Shown: positions 19,021 through 27,887 of the stretch, in pieces | Layout: the number at the start of each line of letters is the position of its first letter | Numbering within the stretch: the stretch's first letter is position 1 | NCBI GenBank assembly: GCA_044229975.1 | Contig: JBGARZ010000001.1 | Coordinates: forward strand, 320,001 to 384,000 | Reading direction: 5' to 3' | Source: Polyangiales bacterium | GTDB taxonomy: Bacteria > Myxococcota_A > Polyangia > Polyangiales > Ga0077539 | Length of the DNA stretch: 64,000 nucleotides | The notes under the pieces: model-generated | Told to the model about the DNA's origin: nothing | Database searches by the model: none | The model's input: the letters and a program-made list of their open reading frames with translations, nothing else | Made by a program: the position numbers and the translations under genes

Positions 19021-19602
19021 TCACTCCATGATCATGACGGATGGGCGGATTAGCGGTCGGTCGACCTCGTACGGCGGGTCACCTGGGGCCGTGGCGAGCA
19101 CCGCGATGGCGTAGGGCTGGGCGGTCGCAGAGCTGGAGAGTTCGAGGCGCCAGACACCATCGTGGGCGGCGCACGCCAGACGCCGACGACCAAGGACCAT
19201 CAGAGGAGCAAACACGGTGCTCTCGTCGTCCACGACCGTCGACTGATCGTAGAGGCGTAGCGTTCGCGGGTCGGACGAAGGCATCGCGACGATGATGCGA
19301 TAGCAAAGCCCCGCCTGGACGGGCACCTGGTGCACGGCGGGCCGACCCGCCGTCGTCGTCGCGTGCGTGTCGCGGAAGACCCGCGAGAAGACCTGCTGCT
19401 CACGCGCGACGTACAGGTCGAGCTGCGCTTGGAGCGCCGCGTCCCACGGCCGATGGTGCGTCGGTGGCGAAGCGACGAGCGCCTGTCCGAGAGGAATCGA
19501 TGGTGATGATGGTGGGATCGCGCGGGAGTCGGCGGTGACCGGCGCGGGGCTCGCGCAGCCGCTCGCGAGGAGCAGCGACGCGAGCGTGCGCCACGGAGAC
19601 AT
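19021..19602 (-). CDS. Hypothetical lipoprotein with a C-terminal beta-sandwich (PPC-like) domain
   Basis: Lipobox LASGC; AGLCYRII...LRLYDQ...VLGRRRLAC, shared with the upstream gene. Confidence 0.68.
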   Translation of the reverse strand: MSPWRTLASLLLASGCASPAPVTADSRAIPPSSPSIPLGQALVASPPTHHRPWDAALQAQLDLYVAREQQVFSRVFRDTHATTTAGRPAVHQVPVQAGLCYRIIVAMPSSDPRTLRLYDQSTVVDDESTVFAPLMVLGRRRLACAAHDGVWRLELSSSATAQPYAIAVLATAPGDPPYEVDRPLIRPSVMIME

Positions 19603-19609
19603 CGGGTGG

Positions 19610-20284
19610 TCAGTTGCCCGCGAAGGCCTGGACGCCGAACTCGCCGCCGCCCGAGTACATGATGATCTCGACCTGGAAGGTCCCGGAGAAGTTGAGGCAG
19701 AGCGGGCGCTGGAGGCCGAGCACGGGGAAGTTGTCCGTGGCGACGTCCTGGTCGAGCACGTTGCCGTTCATGTCGCGGAGGCGGAGGTCGAGGTCGCGCA
19801 CGCCCGCGCCGCCGACGCCGATGATGCGGTAGCAACGACCGGGCTGCGCGTCGACGGTGACGTACTGCCGCTGGCCCTGACCCATGGTCGAGCGGAAGAG
19901 CTGCGTGATGGGGATGTAGCCGGCGGCGAACTGCCGAGCGCGCAGGGACATGTGATACGAGACGAAGTCCTGCTCGGCGTAGCCGTTGGTGACCCAGGTG
20001 GCGCCCACGGGCTGAAACCCGATCTGGGCGTTGACGCCGACGCTGGGAGGCGCCGCGTACACGCCGCCCTGCACGGCGACCGTGGCGGGCGACTGGTAGA
20101 CCGGCTGCTGGTAGACGGGCGCCGGCTGCGCGACCACCGCGGTCTGCGAGGGCTGAACGTTGATGGTGCCGCTGGTGCCGTAGGTGCCCGCCGAGCCACG
20201 GACAACGCAGTCCGTGAGGGCGAGGCCCGCGATCACACTCACTCCAACACGAACGAGGGTCAGGACGGAGGCTCGGGTCGACAT
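19610..20284 (-). CDS. Exported protein, possibly a lipoprotein, with a YQQPV low-complexity region and a C-terminal PPC-like domain
   Basis: AGGAG RBS; IAGLALTDC (atypical lipobox); PGRCYRIIGVGGAGVRDLDLRLRDMNGNVLDQD. Confidence 0.75.
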   Translation of the reverse strand: MSTRASVLTLVRVGVSVIAGLALTDCVVRGSAGTYGTSGTINVQPSQTAVVAQPAPVYQQPVYQSPATVAVQGGVYAAPPSVGVNAQIGFQPVGATWVTNGYAEQDFVSYHMSLRARQFAAGYIPITQLFRSTMGQGQRQYVTVDAQPGRCYRIIGVGGAGVRDLDLRLRDMNGNVLDQDVATDNFPVLGLQRPLCLNFSGTFQVEIIMYSGGGEFGVQAFAGN

Positions 20285-20446
20285 CGTTGAGATTCTCCTG
20301 CTGCGAGGGTTGTCGAGGACGACGCTGGTCCTCATACGGGGTGGTTGGTGCCATCGCCGCCCGACGGCCTTGGCGCGGTACTCTCGCGCAACCACCGGCG
20401 CGGATGCAACCGCCCGCGGCCGCGAATCCCTGGCGGGCCTTCCGCC

Positions 20447-21130
20447 TCAGCGCGCGCCGAAGATCGCCGTCCCGACGCGCACCATCGTCGCCCCCGCGGA
20501 CACGGCCACGGCCATGTCGTGGGTCATGCCCATGGACAGCTCGGGCAGCGCCTTCGCCCCGCCGTGGATCTCTCGCAGCTCGCGCAGCGCATCGAACCAG
20601 CGCCGCGATGACTCCGGGTCATCCGCCGCGGGCGGCACCGTCATCAGCCCGCGCACGTCGACCCCGGCCGTCTCCCGCGCGACCGAGAGGATCGCTTCGA
20701 GCTCCACGGGCGAGCACCCCGACTTCTGCTCCTCCATCGCCACGTTTACCTGGACGAGTACTCCGACACGCCGCCCGTCCGCCGCCGCCCGCCGCCCGAG
20801 CTCGCGCACGAGCCGCTCCGAGTCGACGCTGTGCACCACCGCCGCGTGCTTCGCGACCGGGCGCGCCTTGTTGGTCTGGAGGTGGCCGATGAAGTGCCAG
20901 CGCAGGTCGGTCAGGTCGGCGAGGGCCTCGGCCTTGGCGAGGAGTTCTTGCACGTAGTTTTCGCCGAAGTCGCGCTGCCCGGCCGCGTAGGCGGCGCGCA
21001 CCGCCTCGGGCCCGCGGGTCTTCGAGACGGCGACCAGGGTGACCTCGCGCGGGTCACGTCCGTATGCCCGCGCGGTGGCGTCGATGTCCGCCCGCACCTC
21101 GGCGAGCGCCTCGGAGATGCCCGCGGTCAC
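20447..21130 (-). CDS. yggS: YggS family PLP homeostasis protein
   Basis: LVAVSKT, FGENYVQE, WHFIGHLQTNK, GLMTVPP, LSMGMT, VRVGTAIFGAR. Confidence 0.95.
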   Translation of the reverse strand: MTAGISEALAEVRADIDATARAYGRDPREVTLVAVSKTRGPEAVRAAYAAGQRDFGENYVQELLAKAEALADLTDLRWHFIGHLQTNKARPVAKHAAVVHSVDSERLVRELGRRAAADGRRVGVLVQVNVAMEEQKSGCSPVELEAILSVARETAGVDVRGLMTVPPAADDPESSRRWFDALRELREIHGGAKALPELSMGMTHDMAVAVSAGATMVRVGTAIFGAR

Positions 21131-21753
21131 AGCGGGAAGCCGTCGATCGCCTCGGCGCGCAGCAGCACCTCGACGACGCGGTGCAACGGGAGACCGACGA
21201 CGTTGGTGTAGCTGCCCTCGATGCGCTCGACGAAGGCCCCGGCGAGCCCCTGGACCGCGTACCCGCCGGCCTTGTCGGTGCCCTCCCCCGTGGCCGCGTA
21301 CCGACGCACCTCGTCCTCGGACAATCCCCGAAAGGTCACCGCCGTGGTCTCCGCGTAGGCGGGCGCGTCGAAGGCGTCGGCGCCGTGCAGCACGAAGCCC
21401 GTCGTGACGTGGTGGGTGCGCCCCGAGAGCAGCCGCATCATGCGCCGGGCGTCATCGTCGTCGCGGGGCTTGCCGAGGAGCTCACCGCCGATGTGCACGA
21501 TGGTGTCGGCGCAGAGGATCCAGCGCGGCGGGTCGGCGCGGCCGTCGCGGTGCAGCGCGTAGAGCACCGCGGCGCCCTTCTGCCGCGCGAGCCGCGTGGC
21601 GAGAGCATCGGGCCGCTCGCCCGGCACCAGCACCTCGTCGACGTCGACGCGGTAGACCTCCACCGGCAGGTTGAGGCCCCGCAACAGTTCGAGCCGACGC
21701 GGCGACTGCGAGCCCAGGAGCAGCGGATTATCCGGACCGATCGGGCGAAGCAT
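21127..21753 (-). CDS. maf: Maf family nucleoside triphosphate pyrophosphatase
   Basis: LGSQSPRRLELL, ADTIV, GKPRD, DKAGGYAVQG, GSYTNVVGLP. Confidence 0.94.
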   Translation of the reverse strand: MLRPIGPDNPLLLGSQSPRRLELLRGLNLPVEVYRVDVDEVLVPGERPDALATRLARQKGAAVLYALHRDGRADPPRWILCADTIVHIGGELLGKPRDDDDARRMMRLLSGRTHHVTTGFVLHGADAFDAPAYAETTAVTFRGLSEDEVRRYAATGEGTDKAGGYAVQGLAGAFVERIEGSYTNVVGLPLHRVVEVLLRAEAIDGFPL

Positions 21754-21786
21754 CAGGCGAGCATTCTTCCCCGGAATGGCTTTTCG

Positions 21787-22893
21787 TCAACCGCCCGCGC
21801 GGCGCCCGACGATCGACGCGACCGACGACGCTCCGTCCGAGCTCAGCCGCGCACGAAGACCCGCGGAGAGCTCTCGCGCCATGGTCGGGCCGCGGTAGAT
21901 GAAGCCCGTATACACCTGCACCAGCGACGCGCCCGCCTCGATGAGCGCCCACGCATCGTCGGCCGTGAAGACCCCGCCCACGCCGATGACCGGGAGGTCT
22001 CGGCCCGCGCGGCGGAAGATTCTCGCGACCACCTCGCGACTGCGCGCCCGCACCGGGGCACCCGAGAGCCCGCCGGCCCCCATCGCCATCACCGCCTCGG
22101 GCGGGGTGACGAGGCCGTCGCGGCGCAGCGTGGTGTTGGTGGCGACGAGGCCCGCGAGCCCTTCGGCGCGCGCGAGGTCGACCACGGCGTCCACGTCCTC
22201 GTCCGCGAGGTCGGGCGCGATCTTCACGAGGAGCGGAACGGCCCGATCGACGAGCGCCGGGCGCACCGCGCGGACGATGGCCGCGAGCGCGTCGACGGAC
22301 TGGAGCGAACGTAGCCCCGGGGTGTTGGGCGACGACACGTTGATGACCGCGTAGTCCGCGTACGGCGCGAGGGCACGGGCGCTGGTCGCGTAGTCGGCGG
22401 GCGCGTCGGCGAGCTCGGTCACCTTGGACTTGCCGAGGTTGACGCCGACGATGACGCCATCGGGCGGGTGCGCCGCGAGGTGCTTCGCCGCGGCCTCGCA
22501 GCCGGGGTTGTTGAAGCCCATGCGGTTGATGACCGCGCCGTCACGGGGCAGCCGGAAGAGGCGGGGGCGATCGTTGCCGGGCTGCGCGTGGGCGGTGACG
22601 GTCCCCACCTCGACGAAGGAGAAGCCCATCGCGCCGAGGGCGTTGTAGGCGACGGCTTCCTTGTCGAGCCCGGCCGCGACACCGATGGGCGTGGCGAAGC
22701 GCCGACCGAAGACCTCGACGGCGAGCGATGCGTCAGCCTCGACGCCGAGGGTCGCGCGGAGGGCGGCGCGCGCCACACCGCTCGACTGCGCGAGGCTGAG
22801 CCCCGCGAGGGTGAGCGAGTGGGCCCGCTCGGCGTCGAGACCGAAGAGCAACGGGCGCAGCGCGCCGCGGTAGAGGCCGCCGACCAGGCTCAT
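21787..22893 (-). CDS. pyrD: Quinone-dependent dihydroorotate dehydrogenase
   Basis: AAGLDK, QPGNDRPRLFRL, INRMGFNN, NVSSPNTPGLR, KIAPDL, GGLSG; ATG 22893 overlaps the upstream stop. Confidence 0.95.
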   Translation of the reverse strand: MSLVGGLYRGALRPLLFGLDAERAHSLTLAGLSLAQSSGVARAALRATLGVEADASLAVEVFGRRFATPIGVAAGLDKEAVAYNALGAMGFSFVEVGTVTAHAQPGNDRPRLFRLPRDGAVINRMGFNNPGCEAAAKHLAAHPPDGVIVGVNLGKSKVTELADAPADYATSARALAPYADYAVINVSSPNTPGLRSLQSVDALAAIVRAVRPALVDRAVPLLVKIAPDLADEDVDAVVDLARAEGLAGLVATNTTLRRDGLVTPPEAVMAMGAGGLSGAPVRARSREVVARIFRRAGRDLPVIGVGGVFTADDAWALIEAGASLVQVYTGFIYRGPTMARELSAGLRARLSSDGASSVASIVGRRAGG

Positions 22894-24086
22894 GTGTCGT
22901 CGCCGCAGGAGAGCGCGCGGACGGCCACGCCGAGGGCCGGGTTGGATGGATCGACCTCCAGCAGCGAGAAGCCCGCGGGCGTGGCGAGCACGTTGCCAGC
23001 AGCGCAACGCTGGGCGCTGCTCGACTCGTGGATGATCGCTCGATGACGGACGTCGTAGACGTGCACCGTGCAGCCGCCGCCCGCGATGGGCGCGTGGAGC
23101 ACCAGCAGCCGGTCGCCCGACACCGCGACCGCCTGCACGTCGTTGGTGTCGATGCTGGTGTCGATGCTGGCCGCGGAGCCAACGATGGGGGCGAGCTGAA
23201 GCACCTGCGAGGGCGCATTGAACTGCCCCTCCAACTGCCTGTCCGTGGCCGGGGTGAGCTCCGCCCGCACGCAACCGCTGAGCAGGCACACGACCTTGCC
23301 AGGACCCGCCCAGGTGTTGCGGCCATCGGGTTCGAGCACCCACGACCACAGGGTGCTGTCACGGCCCAGATACCCCTGCACCACGAAGCGCCCGAAGTCC
23401 CAGCGCACCTCCATCGACCGCAGCTGCTCGGACACATCGGATTGCGGGCCCGGCACGGACAGCGGACGTGGATCCATCAAGAGCTCGCCGTCGGCTCCCA
23501 CCAGCGCGACCCACGGTGTCCCCCCACCGTGGCCGACGTATTCCTCGCGGATCCAACCCAACAGCACGGCGCCCTCGCGCGATGCCGCTCCGACGATCGT
23601 CTCCCGTTCGCGCAACGCGGTCGGCAAGGCCATCGCCCCGTCGAGCGACAGGCGCCGCACCGGACGCGGCGACAGGAAGCGCGCATCGACGAAGGTCACC
23701 CTCTCGTCCGCCGCGCCGACATACCCACGCCCCGTCCACCCCAGGGCCTGCGGCCAGAGCGAGAGGGCGCTTGGCAACGATCCCTCGACCGCCACGTCGC
23801 CCGCGTCGCGGTCGACCATCGGGGCGTGCGCGTCACGCCAGGAGAGCCGCTGGCCGCGCGCGGCGCGCCCGATCACCCGCGGACCGTTGGGGCCGGCGGA
23901 CAACCACGGAGACTCCAGGCCCTCGGGGGTCGCGACGTAGTGAGCCTCCTCCAGGGAGCAACCGTGCTGCGTCGCACGCGGCGCGGCGAGCGGTATCGTC
24001 GCGGACGCGTCGGGCCTCACGTTGCTGCTGCGAGGACAACCGAGCAGCGACCACCCCAGCACCAGCAACACGCCTACGGCACGCAC
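22890..24086 (-). CDS. Hypothetical lipoprotein, beta-rich
   Basis: Lipobox SLLGC; 398-aa ORF coupled to pyrD; TATGGT 6 nt upstream of the GTG. Confidence 0.7.
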   Translation of the reverse strand: MRAVGVLLVLGWSLLGCPRSSNVRPDASATIPLAAPRATQHGCSLEEAHYVATPEGLESPWLSAGPNGPRVIGRAARGQRLSWRDAHAPMVDRDAGDVAVEGSLPSALSLWPQALGWTGRGYVGAADERVTFVDARFLSPRPVRRLSLDGAMALPTALRERETIVGAASREGAVLLGWIREEYVGHGGGTPWVALVGADGELLMDPRPLSVPGPQSDVSEQLRSMEVRWDFGRFVVQGYLGRDSTLWSWVLEPDGRNTWAGPGKVVCLLSGCVRAELTPATDRQLEGQFNAPSQVLQLAPIVGSAASIDTSIDTNDVQAVAVSGDRLLVLHAPIAGGGCTVHVYDVRHRAIIHESSSAQRCAAGNVLATPAGFSLLEVDPSNPALGVAVRALSCGDDT

Positions 24087-24112
24087 CGCGCGACCATAGC
24101 GCGATCTGCCGC

Positions 24113-25075
24113 TCAGTTACGACGATGGAGGCGAAACTCCACCAGCATCCCCGACGGCCCGCCTTCGAGGTTGCCGAAGTTGCGCGTGGCGCCGTCGCGC
24201 GCCGGCAGGCTCAGCGGCGCCGCGAGCAGCGGCAGCGTGCGGGGCGCGTCGACGTGACGATCGGCGTGGGTGAGCTCGGGCGCCGTGACCCGCTGCGCGT
24301 CGAAGTTGAGGATGAGCGACCCGCTGCCCGGATCGATGTTGCCCGTGACGGCCGTGAGGACGTTGCCTCCCACCGCGCGCCCTCGGCGCACGGTGCTGTC
24401 ATCGCAGGTGCCGAAGTTGGCGAGGCGCGCGGTGCAGCGACCCGGGCCGAGCGAGGTCACCCGCAGGTCGTCGCTCACCGAGAGGTCGACGGTCATGTTG
24501 CGACATGTGAGCTCGTAGTTGGCCAGGGCGCTGATGCCCACGCAGCGCGCGGCATGGGTGGTGTCGATCTCCAGGCGCCACGAGCGCTCGATGAGCCGCA
24601 GCGAGGTGGTCATCGACAGGCTGTCCACCACGCGATTGCCCTCGGAGAGGTCGATGCGAACGCGCACCTCCAGCTCCGGGGGATCGGGCAGCTGCGTCGG
24701 CGCCGTGTACCGCGCGTTGCCGTTGAGCCCCGGGGTGAGCCCGCCGCCGCCCGCTGCGTCGGTCGACCCGCTCGACGACCACTGCACCCGCACCGAGCGG
24801 CCGCCGCCCACGTCGCCCACCGTCGGAACCTCCGGCGCGCCCGCGCCCGTCGGGTTGCGCGTCGAGGGGATGCCCGTGCAGCGCACCTCCAGCTCGGAGG
24901 TCGCGCCCGGCACCAGCACCCGACGATTGACGTCGAGCCGACACGAGAAGCGCCCCTGGTTGGAGCGGTTGAGGGAAGGGTCAGCCGCCCCCGCGTCCTG
25001 AGCGAACGCGGGCGCAGCAAAGACAAGCGACATCAGCGCGGGCACGAGGCCCTTCGATACCCACCGATCGGTCAT
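24113..25075 (-). CDS. Hypothetical secreted protein
   Basis: Signal peptide ending APAFA-QD; beta-strand-rich with several Cys. Confidence 0.7.
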   Translation of the reverse strand: MTDRWVSKGLVPALMSLVFAAPAFAQDAGAADPSLNRSNQGRFSCRLDVNRRVLVPGATSELEVRCTGIPSTRNPTGAGAPEVPTVGDVGGGRSVRVQWSSSGSTDAAGGGGLTPGLNGNARYTAPTQLPDPPELEVRVRIDLSEGNRVVDSLSMTTSLRLIERSWRLEIDTTHAARCVGISALANYELTCRNMTVDLSVSDDLRVTSLGPGRCTARLANFGTCDDSTVRRGRAVGGNVLTAVTGNIDPGSGSLILNFDAQRVTAPELTHADRHVDAPRTLPLLAAPLSLPARDGATRNFGNLEGGPSGMLVEFRLHRRN

Positions 25076-25192
25076 GGCGAGAGTGTGCCTCCGCGACGCG
25101 AAGCGCCGCAACATCCTGGACAGCCAGGACGCGCCGCCCGGAGGCGGCATTCAACGATCGGTCGAGAGGAGAAAGGGAGCGGGAGACGCGAA

Positions 25193-27604
25193 TCAGTTGG
25201 TGCCGACGACGACGGCCGGAGCCTCGGCCCCGAGCACCACCGGGGTCTCCAGCGCGTACTGAAGAACGTCCTCCATCTTGCTGACGGGGATGAACTCCAT
25301 CGCGTCACGGATCTCCTGCGGCACCTCCTCCAGGTCGGGCTTGTTCCGCTCGGGGAGCAGGATGCGCTTGATGCCCGCGCGGTGCGCCGCGAGCACCTTC
25401 TCCTTGATGCCGCCCACCGGCAGCACGCGGCCGCGCAGGGTGATCTCACCCGTCATGGCGACGTCGTGGCGCACGCGGATGCCCTTCAGCATCGAGAACA
25501 GCGCCGTGAACATCGTCACGCCCGCGCTCGGCCCGTCCTTGGGCATGGCCCCGGCCGGGATGTGGATGTGGATGTCGCTCTTGTCGAGGAAGTCTTCGGG
25601 GATGCCGAGCTGCCGCGACTTCGATCGCACGAAGGACAGCGCGGCCTGCGCCGACTCCTTCATCACGTCGCCGAGCTGCCCGGTGAGCTGCATCTTGCCC
25701 GTGCCCGGCATCCGCGTGGCCTCGATGAAGAGGATCTCTCCCCCCACCGGCGTCCACGCGAGGCCCGTCGCCACGCCGGCCTCTTCGGTGCGCTCGGCCA
25801 CCTCGCTCGTGTACTTCGCCTGACCGAGGTACGGCACCAGGTCGTCGGCGCTGTCGATCTTGTACGGACCGGCGTTGCCCTCGGCGATCTTCACCGCGAC
25901 GCCACGGATGACGCTCGCCACCTGACGCTCCAGGCTGCGAACGCCCGCTTCGCGCGTGTAGAAATCGGTGATCGCCTCGATGGCCGCGTCGGTGATCTCG
26001 AGCTGCGCGGTCTTGATGCCGTGCTCGTCGAGCTGCTTGGGCAGCAGGTGCTGCCGCGCGATGGCCCGCTTCTCGTTGCGCGTGTACCCCGGAATATCGA
26101 GGATCTCCATGCGGTCGCGGAGCGGCGCGGGGATGGGGTCGGCCACGTTGGCCGTCGCCACGAACATCACCTGCGAGAGGTCGTACGGGATCTCCAGGTA
26201 GTGGTCGCTGAAGGTGTGGTTCTGCTCCGGGTCGAGGACTTCGAGCAGCGCCGCCGAGGGGTCGCCGCGGAAGTCGTGGCCGATCTTGTCGACCTCATCG
26301 AGCATGAACACCGGGTTGATGGTGCCCGACTTCTTCATCCCTTGGATGACCTGACCGGGGAGCGCGCCGACGTACGTACGACGGTGGCCACGAATGGCCG
26401 CCTCGTCGTGCACGCCACCGAGCGACACGCGCACGAACTTGCGACCGAGCGCCTTCGCGATGGACCGACCGAGGGAGGTCTTGCCGACGCCGGGCGGGCC
26501 GAGCAGGCAGAGGATCGGGCCCTTCTTGTCGGCCTTCAGCTTGCGCACCGCGAGGTACTCGAGGATGCGCTTCTTCACCTTCTCCAGGCCGTAGTGGTCC
26601 TCGTCGAGCACCTCGCGAACCTTGGCGATCTCCAGGTTGTCGGGCGTGCTGTTGGTCCACGGCAGGTCGAGGATCCAATCGAGGTACGTCCGCACCACGG
26701 TGTACTCGGCCGACCCGACCTGCATCGAGCGCAGCCGACGGAGCTGCTTGCGCGCGACCTGCTCGCTCTCGCCCGGGAGGTTCGCCTTGGTGATGCGCTC
26801 CTCCAGACCGTCGAGGTCTCCCTGGTCGCCCTCGTCTTCGCCCAGCTCTTCCTTGATGGCCTTGAGCTGCTGGCGGAGAACGTACTCCCGCTGGTTCTTG
26901 CCCATCTCCTCCTTGATCTGGGAGTTGATGCGCTCGCGCATCTTCAGGATCTCCAGCTGCCTCGTGAGCAGCTTGAGCACCTGCTTGATGCGGTCTTTCA
27001 CGTCCGGTGAGGACATGAGCTGGGCCTTCTCCTCCACCGGCGCATCGAGCTGCGCGGCGACGAGGTCGGCCAGCGCCCCCGGCTCCTGGATGGAGTCGAT
27101 GAGCGACTGCGCCTCGCGCGGCAGCTCGGGCATCAGCGTGATGACCTGCTTGGCCACCTCGCGCAGGGACATCGCCAGCGCCTCGGCCTCGACGTCATCG
27201 GCCACGGGCGACTCCTCCACCCGACGCACCTTCGCGCGGAGGTAGGGAGCGTGCTGCGTGATGCCGTCGAGCTTGATGCGGGTGAGCCCCTGGAGGATCA
27301 GGGAGTAGTTGCCGGTGGAGTGCTTCAGGCTCTTCAGCACCCGCGCCGCGGCGCCCACGGGGTAGAGGTCGCCCTCCCCCGGGTCGTCGATGTTGGGGTC
27401 GCGCTGGGCGAAGATCGCGATGACGGGCTGCGAAAGGTTTTCCAGGTCTTCGACCAGGGCGACGGACTTCTCGCGCCCCACGTCGAAGGGCGCCACCGCG
27501 CCCGGAAACAGAACCGCGTTGCGGATCGGCAGCACCGGCAGCTCGTCACCAAACTTCAGGTCGTTTTCGTCCGGGGGAGTCCCCCCGCGCTTGCGCTCGG
27601 GCAT
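25193..27604 (-). CDS. lon: ATP-dependent Lon protease
   Basis: LON N-domain (LPVLPIRN); Walker A GPPGVGKTS; RGHRRTYVGA; LDEVDK; PKDGPSAG (catalytic Ser); GGIKEK (Lys). Confidence 0.97.
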   Translation of the reverse strand: MPERKRGGTPPDENDLKFGDELPVLPIRNAVLFPGAVAPFDVGREKSVALVEDLENLSQPVIAIFAQRDPNIDDPGEGDLYPVGAAARVLKSLKHSTGNYSLILQGLTRIKLDGITQHAPYLRAKVRRVEESPVADDVEAEALAMSLREVAKQVITLMPELPREAQSLIDSIQEPGALADLVAAQLDAPVEEKAQLMSSPDVKDRIKQVLKLLTRQLEILKMRERINSQIKEEMGKNQREYVLRQQLKAIKEELGEDEGDQGDLDGLEERITKANLPGESEQVARKQLRRLRSMQVGSAEYTVVRTYLDWILDLPWTNSTPDNLEIAKVREVLDEDHYGLEKVKKRILEYLAVRKLKADKKGPILCLLGPPGVGKTSLGRSIAKALGRKFVRVSLGGVHDEAAIRGHRRTYVGALPGQVIQGMKKSGTINPVFMLDEVDKIGHDFRGDPSAALLEVLDPEQNHTFSDHYLEIPYDLSQVMFVATANVADPIPAPLRDRMEILDIPGYTRNEKRAIARQHLLPKQLDEHGIKTAQLEITDAAIEAITDFYTREAGVRSLERQVASVIRGVAVKIAEGNAGPYKIDSADDLVPYLGQAKYTSEVAERTEEAGVATGLAWTPVGGEILFIEATRMPGTGKMQLTGQLGDVMKESAQAALSFVRSKSRQLGIPEDFLDKSDIHIHIPAGAMPKDGPSAGVTMFTALFSMLKGIRVRHDVAMTGEITLRGRVLPVGGIKEKVLAAHRAGIKRILLPERNKPDLEEVPQEIRDAMEFIPVSKMEDVLQYALETPVVLGAEAPAVVVGTN

Positions 27605-27729
27605 CGATCACCTCGCCTACTGCCGACAGAGCGCCCGACCGCCCCGAGGCACCCCGTATCCACCCCGCGCACCAAGCGCGAACCGTCACGAGACCTCAGG
27701 AAACAGCCGTGTCTGCGGCGTGACGGGAG

Positions 27730-27758
27730 ACCTTAGTCACCTTGCCCCCGCATGGCAA
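27730..27758 (-). promoter_or_regulatory. Putative sigma70-type promoter for lon
   Basis: Minus strand TTGCCA-N17-TAAGGT; TTGCC-N7-GGCAA inverted repeat overlaps the -35. Confidence 0.5.
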
Positions 27759-27887
27759 CGGCACATCTCGCGCCAACGCCTCTGCGCGCCCACGCCCTCG
27801 CCGCACGGTCCGTCGTCGCAGTCGCCGTCGTTGGGGCACGCCCGCTCGGCCATGCCCCCCATCGCCCGCGGCGCACGTCGTCCCGCT

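Noticed and set aside
27737..27853. 38-aa Cys-rich minus-strand ORF (MAERACPNDGDCDDGPCGEG...CRCHAGAR) upstream of lon, as a possible RiPP precursor or metal-binding peptide
   Set aside because: No convincing SD, it overlaps the likely lon promoter, and no modifying enzymes are nearby. Cannot be supported without conservation data.
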